NCBI GenBank assembly: GCA_963775465.1
Contig: CAVZIW010000003.1
Coordinates: 96,001 to 160,000 of the forward strand
DNA length: 64,000 bases
Origin: Candidatus Bathyarchaeota archaeon
GTDB lineage: Archaea > Thermoproteota > Bathyarchaeia > Bathyarchaeales > Bathycorpusculaceae
Direction: 5' to 3'
The translations under genes were made by a program, and so were the position numbers. Positions 27,635 through 37,463 of this stretch are shown here, piece by piece. The stretch's first letter is position 1, and each line of letters opens with the position of its first letter. The notes beneath the pieces were generated by a model, which had not been told where the DNA came from, did not search any database, and saw only the letters and a list, made by a program, of their open reading frames with translations.

Positions 27635-29605
27635 ATGGAAATCGGAGAGAAAAATGTGGTTTCAGAGAATCCCTTTGACCTGTTTCGACAAGAATGCTAT
27701 ATAGCTTTAGCAAATGCACTTGCTAAAACCTTGCCGAATATCAAAAACCCCGTTATTGCTCTTAAGAAAACGCCCAACATAGAATTCGGGCAATTATCTT
27801 CCTCGTTATGTTTTGAGTTGTCAAAGAAACTCGGCCAAAAACCTCTTATATTGGCTCAGAAGGTTGTTGACGCGATTGACCATTCAAGCTTTAACTTAAT
27901 CGAAAAAGTTGCACCCGCTGGAGCAGGTTACATAAACTTTCACATAAACTTCCCTAAATTCTCAGAGCTAACTTTGAAATCAATAAAACAATTGGAAAAC
28001 GATTATGGTTTTATCAAAACCGCGGAACCAAAAAAAATCATCGTGGAACACACCAGCGTTAACCCATTACATCCAATCCACATTGGTCAAGCTCGAAACC
28101 CTATGCTTGGAGATGCATTGTCAAGAATTTTGGAACGCAGAGGACACATAGTTTCACGCCATTACTATATCGACGATGTTGGACGTCAATCTTCGGTTCT
28201 CGCTTACGGTTATGAGAAACTTGGAAAACCTACACCCACAGAGAAAGCAGACTTATTCGTTGGTAAAATTTACACAGTTACTTCTTGTATAGTGGAGATT
28301 AATCGCCTAAAAAAGATGCGTCAATCTGCAATTGAAAATCAATCGATCGAAGAATTAGCCAAAATCAACAAAGACATCGACGAATGGATGTCCATCGCTG
28401 GCGAACTAGAAGAGAAATACCCAGAGCTTTTTGAAGCATTAATAGTCAAAATCGCTGAAGACCAGAACCCCGAATCAGAAATTAGCCGCCTAAACCTTGC
28501 ATACGAGAACGGTGAGCCGAAAGCCAAAGACATTATCCGCGAAGTCAGTGACCTCTGCTTGGCGGGCTTTCGCGAAACCATGAAGCGTGTTTCAGTAACG
28601 TATGATTCGTGGGATTGGGAAAGCGACTTTGTGTGGAGTATGCAGGTCAATGATGTTTTGGAACGGTTGAAGACGTCGCCATTTATTTTCAACGAAAAAG
28701 GGGTGCTTCAATTTGACGCTGACAAAGCAGCCAAAATTCTAGACCTCAAAGACAAACTTGGATTAAGCAGCAACAATGAGGTCCCTCCTTTAACGCTTGT
28801 ACGCGCTGACGGAACAACTCTCTATACTACTCGAGACATTGCTTACACAATATGGAAATTTAAGCATGCCCAGAAAGTCATCAATGTGATTGGTATGGAG
28901 CAGTCGCTTGCACAACTCCAGCTCAAACTAGCAGTTTATGCTTTGGGTCACCCTGAAGCAGCTGACAATTTGGTGCATTTTGCTTACAACTTGGTAACTT
29001 TACCCGGTTACAAGATGAGCAGCCGACGAGGCCATTATATTACATTTGACGAGGTACTTGACGAAGCGGTCAGCCGGGCTTATGAAGAGGTTTCTAAACG
29101 TTCTCCCCTACTAGGAGAGGAAGAGAAACGCAAAATCGCAGATTTCGTTGGTTTGGGTGCTATCCGATATGCATTAGTGGATGTGGATTCTGGAAAGCCA
29201 GTCATGTTTACTTGGGAACGTGTGCTTAACTTCGAAACCAATAGTGCCCCATATGTTCAATATACCCACGCTCGAGCTTGCAGTATTTTACGCAAAGCAC
29301 CAAGAGAACTGGAAAATCCAGGGTTTGATTCGCTCACAGAAAGACTTGAACAAGAACTTGTTTTAAACCTCGCAAGTTTCCCTGATATGTTCATAGAAGC
29401 AACAGAGTACCTCAAGCCCAATATGATCGCCGACTACGTAAACACCTTAGCTGACAAATTCAACACCTTCTACAACGCATATCCCGTCCTAAAAGCTGAT
29501 ACACAACAACTAATCGACGCACGCATAGCTTTAACCCAGGCGGTTCAAATCGTAATGAATAATGCGCTTAGCCTGATTGGTGTTGTTGCACCAGAAAAAA
29601 TGTAG
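27635..29605 (+). CDS. argS: Arginyl-tRNA synthetase
   Basis: EHTSVNP..PIHIGQARN, DGTTLYTTRDIAY, KMSSRRG, YVQYTHAR, C-terminal PEKM; start approximate. Confidence 0.96.
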   Translation: MEIGEKNVVSENPFDLFRQECYIALANALAKTLPNIKNPVIALKKTPNIEFGQLSSSLCFELSKKLGQKPLILAQKVVDAIDHSSFNLIEKVAPAGAGYINFHINFPKFSELTLKSIKQLENDYGFIKTAEPKKIIVEHTSVNPLHPIHIGQARNPMLGDALSRILERRGHIVSRHYYIDDVGRQSSVLAYGYEKLGKPTPTEKADLFVGKIYTVTSCIVEINRLKKMRQSAIENQSIEELAKINKDIDEWMSIAGELEEKYPELFEALIVKIAEDQNPESEISRLNLAYENGEPKAKDIIREVSDLCLAGFRETMKRVSVTYDSWDWESDFVWSMQVNDVLERLKTSPFIFNEKGVLQFDADKAAKILDLKDKLGLSSNNEVPPLTLVRADGTTLYTTRDIAYTIWKFKHAQKVINVIGMEQSLAQLQLKLAVYALGHPEAADNLVHFAYNLVTLPGYKMSSRRGHYITFDEVLDEAVSRAYEEVSKRSPLLGEEEKRKIADFVGLGAIRYALVDVDSGKPVMFTWERVLNFETNSAPYVQYTHARACSILRKAPRELENPGFDSLTERLEQELVLNLASFPDMFIEATEYLKPNMIADYVNTLADKFNTFYNAYPVLKADTQQLIDARIALTQAVQIVMNNALSLIGVVAPEKM

Positions 29606-29734
29606 ATCACTAATAAGATTGCTGAGTTCCAGAGGCATCTTTCTATAGGTAGCAATGAATATTTTTGCTATAATTTGCCATAACAAATTTCAAATACAAG
29701 CCTATTAACATAGAACGAAAGGTGCAAATTAACA

Positions 29735-30805
29735 ATGGGTAACGAATCATACTTCAAAAATAAACTTGAACCAATCAAGGTTACAAAACAAAAACCAATC
29801 TCACAACTTCTAAAAGAAATGGGAAAAACCGCCTACCAGGGACGCAAGCTCGGTGAAGCTGTCGATGTCTGGGAAAACATGATTAAAGAAAAAGACACGG
29901 TCATCGCCATGGGTTTCGCGGGTTCAATGAGCACAGCCGGTCAATGGACAATTATCAACTGGCTCATAGAAAACCGTTTCATAGACGTTCTAGTTTCCAC
30001 CGGTGCAAACGTCAGCGAAGACATTGTTGACGCCATGGGTTTGGGCTACTGGCAGGGAAACCACATGGCCGACGACCTAACGTTACTCAAAGATGATGTG
30101 AACAGGTATTATGACGTGTACGGGAAAGAAACCGATTACCGCAAAATGGAAGACCTAGTCACAGAATATGTCATGACTTGCAAGCAAGATTATAATTACA
30201 CTTCAGCTGAATTCCTATACGGACTCGGGAAATTCCTTGACAAGAAAAAAATTCCCGCCATCTCCGCAGTAGCAGCAGCAAATGGCGTTCCAATCTTCAG
30301 TCCAGCCATGGTTGACAGTGCATACGGCGAAACCTTCCTCTTGGCCAAAAACCAAGGTCACAATGTCCACATCGACAGCGTTAAAGAATTCGACCAATTC
30401 GTAACCATCGGCACCAAAACAAAAGAAGTCGGAGTAGTCTACATAGGTGGAGGGGTCCCAAAAGACCTAACCCAACTCATCGCAATATCGGTTTCACCCA
30501 TGACCGAAGACAGAGGAGTCAGCGGCAGAAAAGGCGGTCTACGTAAAAGCCTACAAGAATACTATTACCCCCACAAGTACGCCATCCAAATCACCACTGA
30601 CTCGCCCCAATGGGGCGGACTAAGCGGGTGCACATTGGAAGAAGCAATTAGCTGGGGCAAAATCAACAGCGAATCAGGAAAACGCGCCGTATGCTATTGT
30701 GACGCAACCATCGCGTTACCACTTATCGCTCACGCTCTTGCTGAACGTGTACCAGAAAAACGTAAAGGCCCAGACATGAGCTGGCTATTCAAAGGCGTCA
30801 AATAA
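29735..30805 (+). CDS. Deoxyhypusine synthase-like protein (divergent paralog; possibly homospermidine-forming)
   Basis: STGAN, GGGVPKD, QITTDSPQWGGLSGCTLEEAISWGK, CDATIALP. Confidence 0.85.
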   Translation: MGNESYFKNKLEPIKVTKQKPISQLLKEMGKTAYQGRKLGEAVDVWENMIKEKDTVIAMGFAGSMSTAGQWTIINWLIENRFIDVLVSTGANVSEDIVDAMGLGYWQGNHMADDLTLLKDDVNRYYDVYGKETDYRKMEDLVTEYVMTCKQDYNYTSAEFLYGLGKFLDKKKIPAISAVAAANGVPIFSPAMVDSAYGETFLLAKNQGHNVHIDSVKEFDQFVTIGTKTKEVGVVYIGGGVPKDLTQLIAISVSPMTEDRGVSGRKGGLRKSLQEYYYPHKYAIQITTDSPQWGGLSGCTLEEAISWGKINSESGKRAVCYCDATIALPLIAHALAERVPEKRKGPDMSWLFKGVK

Positions 30806-30951
30806 ACGCCCTACTTTTCTTATACGTTTATCTAACCTTTTAAATTCATAAGCAGTCAAGGGCTAAATCATTTTGCCTTGTTGGCTTAACCAGAAACCAA
30901 CAAACCCTAAATCACTCAAAAAAACTGCTATAAATTCTTGTCCAACATTTT

Positions 30952-31905
30952 TTACTTATTCTTTGTTCTATCTAAAAGCGAGCTAACCAATATCGGCATG
31001 ATAACGGTTGCGTCACCTTCTATCATTACATGCTTTGCTTTTTCACTAATCTTACCCCACGAAACAGCTTCTCTTGGGCGAGCACCACTAAGGCTACCAT
31101 CCCATTCATCAGCGGTTGAAATGTAGACCACATAATCTAAACCATCTTTGAATTGATTCCACCAAATCGTATGATGCTTAGATATCCCACCGCCGACGAT
31201 TAGGGCACCACTTTTCTTTGCGTCAAAAACAATGTTGTTCAAGTCATCTTCATCCTTGAGAAGGTTAATTCGGAAATCTTTATGATCCTGACTGAAGAAC
31301 CAGAGTTGGTATCCGACTGAACCATCAGTTATGCCTGGAACAAAAACTGGAATGTTATTTTTAGCTGCCCAATAAAGAATCGATGATTCATTACAGCAAC
31401 GTAAGCCAATTTCACGACAAAGTTCAGTGGTGGAAAATTCCTTTTTACCTTCCTTGTAGAGTTGCTCAAGCATCCCGATAATTTTCTGCTCGATAACTAT
31501 ACCGTAACTATCATTCGGCACAAGAACGTTGCCAAGACGGTTTAGTCCTTCTTTATGAAGTTTAGAATCATTCATTATGAAACTGCCTTTGTAGTAATCT
31601 TTCCAACAGCGAGCAACATCGTGGTCAAGAGTGCCGCAAGTGGTGATTACGATGTCAACAAGTTTGCGCTTCACCAACTCTTTAATAACGCCTCGAGTGC
31701 CTGTGGCACAGATATCAGCAGGAAAAGAAAGAAACTTTACACACCCCTTGCTGCTAATCATATCCTCCATGATCCTAACGCCTGTAGCGAGCTTGCCGGC
31801 AGTAAATCCCCATGCGGCCCCCATCTGCAAAACCAACTCGTTCACAGTCATTTTCTCAGTAAATTCGTAGTCTTTCACAGCTATTTTATGTACTTCTTTG
31901 GGCAA
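30952..31905 (-). CDS. dys: Deoxyhypusine synthase (canonical archaeal type)
   Basis: NRLGNVLVPN, PGITDGSVG, GGGISKHH, DGSLSGARPREAVSWGK, GDAT. Confidence 0.92.
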   Translation of the reverse strand: MPKEVHKIAVKDYEFTEKMTVNELVLQMGAAWGFTAGKLATGVRIMEDMISSKGCVKFLSFPADICATGTRGVIKELVKRKLVDIVITTCGTLDHDVARCWKDYYKGSFIMNDSKLHKEGLNRLGNVLVPNDSYGIVIEQKIIGMLEQLYKEGKKEFSTTELCREIGLRCCNESSILYWAAKNNIPVFVPGITDGSVGYQLWFFSQDHKDFRINLLKDEDDLNNIVFDAKKSGALIVGGGISKHHTIWWNQFKDGLDYVVYISTADEWDGSLSGARPREAVSWGKISEKAKHVMIEGDATVIMPILVSSLLDRTKNK

Positions 31906-32036
31906 GAAAATCTCTCCTACATACCTGTTTAAGAAGCATCAAAATAAATAGATGCCGTTATCGAAATAAATTAACTGATGATGTGACGACAAACATAAAG
32001 ACAACGTGACCGCAGAAAAGCTTTCAAAAACAAGTT

Positions 32037-32366
32037 TTATAGAAAACCTGCTTCTTTGAGCTTCAGGGCCGTAGCTATATTACCTCTGAACTGAATTCTG
32101 CCAGTAAAGAAAGCTTTTTCAGCACTCAATCTTTCGTTGACCAAATCCATAAAATCATTCTCATTCATCTTTAAAGTCAAAGACGGCGAGGGCGCTACTC
32201 CCTCGGTTACCTGTAGTTTTTTATCTTTAATAGTAACTGTCCAGTTGCCGCCATCGGGCCCAGTAATATTTATTTGAGTAACCACGTCGATGTCTTTTGC
32301 TTTTTCAGGCTTAAACCGCCCTGGCAAAGCATTATCGAAGAATTCTCTAGGCGATTTTACTTCCAT
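32037..32366 (-). CDS. Stand-alone SCP2 sterol/lipid-binding domain protein
   Basis: GPDGGNWTVTIKD..., DFMDLVNERLSAEKAFFTGRIQFRGN. Confidence 0.88.
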   Translation of the reverse strand: MEVKSPREFFDNALPGRFKPEKAKDIDVVTQINITGPDGGNWTVTIKDKKLQVTEGVAPSPSLTLKMNENDFMDLVNERLSAEKAFFTGRIQFRGNIATALKLKEAGFL

Positions 32367-32428
32367 CTTTCTCGACCCAACTTTTTGATGCTATAACCAT
32401 ATAACCGAATTATTGAAACTTTTCTACT

Positions 32429-33188
32429 CTACCTGAAGAGGTCTTTTTCCCTGGGCCTGGTCATATCTGTTGGTACCGCTTTACCTGCAACTTGGTAACT
32501 GTAACCACGGATAATCGCAACCGGAAATCCTTCATTAGCTTGCCCAATCACCAACTCTGCGGCAGAAGCTAGCTCATCTGCTATAGCAGTTTGCTTAACT
32601 CTAAGGACATAACCAAAAAGGTCCTTTTCTCCTCGCCTGTCTCGAATAGGCTTGATTCCCGAAACGCCAATAGCCACGTTAATCTCACCGTTTCTGAACG
32701 GTCTGCCATGAGTGTCCGAAACAATAACCGCAACATTAGCCCCTGTTAAACGTTTTATATCCCGCTTTATTCTATCAGCAGAAGAGTTCGGGTCCTTAGG
32801 AAGTGGCACCACGTTTCTTTCTCCTGCTACATTGGATCTGTCCACTCCAGCATTGGCGCAGATTATACCGTTCTTGGTTTCTGTTATTATGCTGTTTTCT
32901 CCAATGCGGATTATGTCTTTGGATTCTCTTAGGACAACTTCAACCATAGCGGGGTCTTTACCTGTCTTCACAGCGATTTCTTTCGCCTGTTCCGAAGGAA
33001 TTAAAGAGTCAAGATTGACGATGTTACCTTCAGCCTTGGAAACCACAACATGGGTGATCACAACAACATCATTTTCTAAGTATAGGCGTACCCTGTTTTG
33101 CTGCAGCGTTAGAAATAAGCTGTGCTAAGTCATCTCCCGTAACTATCAAAGGTAGACCTTCAACGGCAATTATCTGTATAGCGTCCAC
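32429..33188 (-). CDS. cofE: Coenzyme F420-0:L-glutamate ligase, split by a +1 frameshift near 33078
   Basis: N-terminal part (GTG at 33188: MDAIQIIAVEGLPLIVTGDDLA...) in one frame; VVSKAEG, ANAGVDRSN, DTHGRPFR, DELASAA in the +1 frame. Confidence 0.88.
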
Positions 33189-33349
33189 TTCTATGATTCT
33201 CCTGAGTTTATAGATTGCTACGGAAAATTAGCTTTAAAGCTTACTGTACAACTCAATCTTATTAAGGTAAAAAATGCCAATAATTGACAAGTTTTAAATC
33301 CACTTACCGCCTTATTAGGAGTAACTAGCCGTTTTCTATGGTGTTAAAG

Positions 33350-36016
33350 ATGGGCATCGAGAAACTTAACCATCTGTTTAATCCTAAACGGATAGCAGTG
33401 ATAGGCGCAAGTGACAGAGACCACTCCATAGGCGGCAAAATTCTCAGAAACCTTATCGGCGTCGGCTTTAAGGGTTCAGTCTTCCCAGTTAACGCATTTA
33501 GCGATACCGTGCACGGAATAACTGCGTACCCAAGCATCAGCAAAATCCCGCGCGTAGTCGACTTAGCAATAATCGCTACACCAGCACACACAATTCCTCA
33601 GATTGTTGAGGAATGCGGGAAAGCAGGCGTCTCAGGATTAATTATTTGTTCGGCAGGCTTTCAAGAAACTGGCGAAGAAGGCATTGCAATACAGGAAAAA
33701 ATTGCAACAACCCAAAAAAAATATGGTATGCGCATTATCGGCCCAAACAGTTTCGGTATAATTAGACCAAAAATAAATCTCTACGCCACCTTCGCAGACG
33801 CAACTGCATCTGCGGGAAAAATCGCTTTCATCTCCCAAAGTGCAGCACTATGTGCCTCTGCACTAGATTGGGGAACGGAAGCTCACGTAGGATTTAGCGC
33901 TGTAATATCAACCGGATCAATGCTCGATGTAGACCTTGGAGATTTGATTGATTATTTTGGTGTTGACCCTCAAACCAAAAGCATAGTTTTGTATGTTGAA
34001 GCAATAAAAAACCCTCGAAAATTCATGAGCGCTGCAAGAGGTTTCGCTCGAAGCAAACCAATAATAGTCGTTAAGGCGGGTCGTTTTCAGGAATGCGTAA
34101 TCCCTACGCTTTCTCATAGTGGTTCTTTAGCCGGAGAGGACGCCGTTTATGATTCAGCGTTCAAACGAGCGGGAGTAGTTAGAGTAGAAACAATGATTGA
34201 TTTGTTTAACTGCGCTGAAACCTTAGCAATGCAGCCTAATCCAACAGGACCTAACCTAACGATAATTACAAATGCGGGGGGACCTGGCATAATGGCCACA
34301 GATCATCTCATAAGCAAAAGTGGAAAAATAGCGCCTCTAAGTCAAGAAACTACCAAAGCGCTAAAAAACATTTTACCAGCTTACTGTTGCACTGCAAACC
34401 CAATCGACATCTTTGAGGAAGCAACACCTGAAAGATACAAAGATGTCATAGAACTCTCGCTAAAAGATTTCAACAGCAACGGTTTTTTACTTATTTACGC
34501 ACCTCAAGCTGCCACCGACCCATTTTCCTTAGCAAAAATAATAGTCGAGCAGTCTAAGGAGACAAAAAAACCCATACTAACTTGCTTGATGGGCGGCGAT
34601 TATAGGTGTCGAAAAGCCCGCAGTTTTCTACAAAGCCACGGGATTCCTACTTTTCTAACTCCCGAGCAGGCTGTTTCAACATTTATGTATATGTACCGAT
34701 ATACCCAGGGCTTGGAGCTTCTTTACCAAACACCCGAAGAACTCTCTGTAGAACCAACGGATTCTGCAGCTCTAAAATCAATTTTAACGCATGCTCACCG
34801 TAAGGGTCAGCGAGTTCTTGGTCTTGTTGAATCTCTACGGTTCTTAGAGGCGTATAACATCCCATCTGTCAAGACTTTGGTTGCCAAAACAGCGAAAGAA
34901 GCACAAGTTGTCGCAGAAAAAGTAGGTTACCCAATTGTTATGAAGGCGTTGTCTCCTCAAGCTACTCATAAAACCAAAATCGCAGGTGTGATTCTGAATG
35001 TTTGTTCCAAATCTGAAGTCGGTCCACGCTTTGATAAACTGGTTAAAAACATAAAAGAATTAGGAAACGCTGCAGAATTTCATGGTGTGGCAATTCAGCC
35101 TATGGTTTTCAACAAAGGTTACGAGGTACTGATTGGTTCTAAAAAAGACCCCCAATTTGGGTCAGTAATCCTGTTTGGAAGAGGTGGAACAAACACTGAA
35201 ATGATGAAGGACGTAAGCATTGGTTTTCCACCATTAAATCAAGTGCTAGCTAGACGAATAATAGAAGATACACTCGTCTATAAACAAACAGCTCTTTCAG
35301 GATTACCCCTAAACATCAAACCAATCGAAGAAGCCCTTGTAAAACTCTCTCAACTAGTAATTGATTTTCCCGAAATTAAAGAAATCGACATAAACCCCCT
35401 CATAGTAGACCAAAATGATGCAATAGCTGTTGATGCACGAATAGTCATAGACCAGAACCGAAAAATAAAAAGCCAAAGCTCTTATGAACACCTCGCCATC
35501 GCTCCTTACCCCCGAAGATACAACTGTAGTTGGACAGCCAAAAACGGTAACATCCTAATGCTACGGTCAATTAAGCCCGAAGACGAAGTAAGATTCTCCG
35601 AGCTATTCAAATCTCTATCACCACAGACTATGCGTTATCGATTCTTCGAAATTATCAAAGAACTGCCTCATGAAACCTTAACACGTTATTGTAACTTGGA
35701 TTATGACCGGGAAATTGCAATTGTTGCAGAACTTCCTGAGAATAGATGTATAATCGGTGTCGGACGCTTAATAATCGACCCGTTCGGCAAAAGGGGAGAA
35801 TACGCCGTTTTAGTTGGCGACAAATGGCAAGGCCTTGGAGTAGGTCTCAAACTTATGGAAACTTTGGTTCAAATCGCTAAAGATAAGCATCTGGAAAAAA
35901 TCTACGGTTATATCATGTCAGACAACTATAAGATGCTCAACTTATGTGAGGGTTTAGGCTTCAAAACAGAGAATCTTGAAGACGAGGTCATAGTCTTGTC
36001 TTTAGCTTTGTCTTAA
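33350..36016 (+). CDS. Acetate-CoA ligase (ADP-forming)-like/GNAT fusion (Pat/YfiQ-type protein acetyltransferase)
   Basis: CoA-binding domain, GPNSFG, SQSAA, SHSGSLAG, TNAGGPG, ATP-grasp (DINP, DARI), C-terminal GNAT (WQGLGVG). Confidence 0.9.
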   Translation: MGIEKLNHLFNPKRIAVIGASDRDHSIGGKILRNLIGVGFKGSVFPVNAFSDTVHGITAYPSISKIPRVVDLAIIATPAHTIPQIVEECGKAGVSGLIICSAGFQETGEEGIAIQEKIATTQKKYGMRIIGPNSFGIIRPKINLYATFADATASAGKIAFISQSAALCASALDWGTEAHVGFSAVISTGSMLDVDLGDLIDYFGVDPQTKSIVLYVEAIKNPRKFMSAARGFARSKPIIVVKAGRFQECVIPTLSHSGSLAGEDAVYDSAFKRAGVVRVETMIDLFNCAETLAMQPNPTGPNLTIITNAGGPGIMATDHLISKSGKIAPLSQETTKALKNILPAYCCTANPIDIFEEATPERYKDVIELSLKDFNSNGFLLIYAPQAATDPFSLAKIIVEQSKETKKPILTCLMGGDYRCRKARSFLQSHGIPTFLTPEQAVSTFMYMYRYTQGLELLYQTPEELSVEPTDSAALKSILTHAHRKGQRVLGLVESLRFLEAYNIPSVKTLVAKTAKEAQVVAEKVGYPIVMKALSPQATHKTKIAGVILNVCSKSEVGPRFDKLVKNIKELGNAAEFHGVAIQPMVFNKGYEVLIGSKKDPQFGSVILFGRGGTNTEMMKDVSIGFPPLNQVLARRIIEDTLVYKQTALSGLPLNIKPIEEALVKLSQLVIDFPEIKEIDINPLIVDQNDAIAVDARIVIDQNRKIKSQSSYEHLAIAPYPRRYNCSWTAKNGNILMLRSIKPEDEVRFSELFKSLSPQTMRYRFFEIIKELPHETLTRYCNLDYDREIAIVAELPENRCIIGVGRLIIDPFGKRGEYAVLVGDKWQGLGVGLKLMETLVQIAKDKHLEKIYGYIMSDNYKMLNLCEGLGFKTENLEDEVIVLSLALS

Positions 36017-36072
36017 ACGACAGCTTTTTAAACATTGTGTGCACTTAATTTTCGCTATAGGAGTTAACCTTG

Positions 36073-36381
36073 ATGGATTACCCTAAATTAATTGAATTGG
36101 TTCCTGCTGAGAAGTGGGGTCCTTTATCTGAAGATTTAATCGGTGTAATTTTAAACTCAAAAAGCGACGATAAAATGCCAAATACCCTTGCTAACGACAT
36201 GCTTCTACAGATGAAGAACGGAACGGCAAACACAAAGTCTGGATTAACCATACTTTTGGAAGCCGCAGTCTTAGTGGCCGCGGAAAAAACCGTTAGCGCA
36301 CTTGGTGATCTGCAACTGTTAAAAGTAGCAGAACTCATAGTTCAAAATATGCTTTCAGGAGAGAAAAAGAATGACGCTTAA
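36073..36381 (+). CDS. Hypothetical helical protein overlapping mer
   Basis: ORF with GGAG RBS; its stop overlaps the mer start by 11 nt. Confidence 0.65.
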   Translation: MDYPKLIELVPAEKWGPLSEDLIGVILNSKSDDKMPNTLANDMLLQMKNGTANTKSGLTILLEAAVLVAAEKTVSALGDLQLLKVAELIVQNMLSGEKKNDA

Positions 36382-37369
36382 ATTCGGTATAGAATTCGTT
36401 CCAAAAGACCCTTACTGGAAACTAGCTGCCTACGCAATCCAAGCAGAAAACAAGGGTTTTAGTAACCTTTGGGTAACAGACCACTTCGGAAATCGCAATG
36501 TCTATGTTACCTTAGCTGCCGCAGCTCTGTACACAAAGAAGATCACTTTCGGTACGGGTGTAACTAACCCTTGGATGGTTAACCCAGTTATTACTGCTCA
36601 ATCTATCGCTACTCTCAATGAATTAGCACCTGGGAGAGTGGTGCTTGGCATCGGCGCAGGCGACAAAACAACTTTAGAAGCAGTTGGTGTAGAAATGGCA
36701 AAACCCATGGCTGCAGTACGAGAAGCCATAGAAATATTCCGAAAACTAACCACAGGCGAAAACGTTGCCTACCAAGGCGAAATCTTCAAGACTGCAGGCG
36801 CAAAATTCAACTTTAAGACAAGAAACATAATTCCAGTTTACGTCGGTGCGCAAGGGCCAAAAATGCTAGAAATGGCTGGAAAAATCGGCGACGGCGTTCT
36901 CGTGAACGCAAGTCATCCGACCGATATTAGCTTCGCAGTTAAAATGGCAACTGAGGGTATGAAACAAGCAGGCAAATCGGCTTCAGATGTAGACATTGCA
37001 GCGTACACTTCTTTTAGCGTTAATGAAGACCCAAAGAAAGCAGTAAAAGCTGCCTCACCAGTTGTAGCCTTCATCGTTGCAGGAAGCCCTGCTCAAGTGC
37101 TTGAAAAACATGGAATTATCCCAGGTAAAGCAGATGAAATCCGCGCAGCCCTAAAAGCAGGAGATTTCCCCAAAGCTATCGGTGCAGTCACACCAGAAAT
37201 GATTAACGCTTTCTCAATCTGCGGTACACCAGATGTTTGCATTGAAAAGATTGCTGCCCTCAAAAAAATCGGCATAGGACAATTTGTAGTTGGCTCCCCA
37301 ATCGGTACAAACGTAAAACAAGCCATCGACTTGATTGGCCAAAAGATTATCCCCCAATTCAAGGATTAA
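36371..37369 (+). CDS. mer: F420-dependent methylene-tetrahydromethanopterin reductase
   Basis: KFGIEFVP, WVTDHFGNRN, GVTNP, GAQGPKML, NASHP, GSPIG. Confidence 0.93.
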   Translation: MTLKFGIEFVPKDPYWKLAAYAIQAENKGFSNLWVTDHFGNRNVYVTLAAAALYTKKITFGTGVTNPWMVNPVITAQSIATLNELAPGRVVLGIGAGDKTTLEAVGVEMAKPMAAVREAIEIFRKLTTGENVAYQGEIFKTAGAKFNFKTRNIIPVYVGAQGPKMLEMAGKIGDGVLVNASHPTDISFAVKMATEGMKQAGKSASDVDIAAYTSFSVNEDPKKAVKAASPVVAFIVAGSPAQVLEKHGIIPGKADEIRAALKAGDFPKAIGAVTPEMINAFSICGTPDVCIEKIAALKKIGIGQFVVGSPIGTNVKQAIDLIGQKIIPQFKD

Positions 37370-37463
37370 AAATCCCCGTGATACAGGCGCTTTCTTTGCG
37401 CCATACCCTAAATATTTTTAGGCTACAAATACTTCATTTTTCGGAAACCTTGAGGATCTACTG

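Noticed and set aside
31940-32030. TGATGA motif suggesting a C/D box sRNA
   Set aside because: No properly spaced CTGA D/D' boxes downstream.
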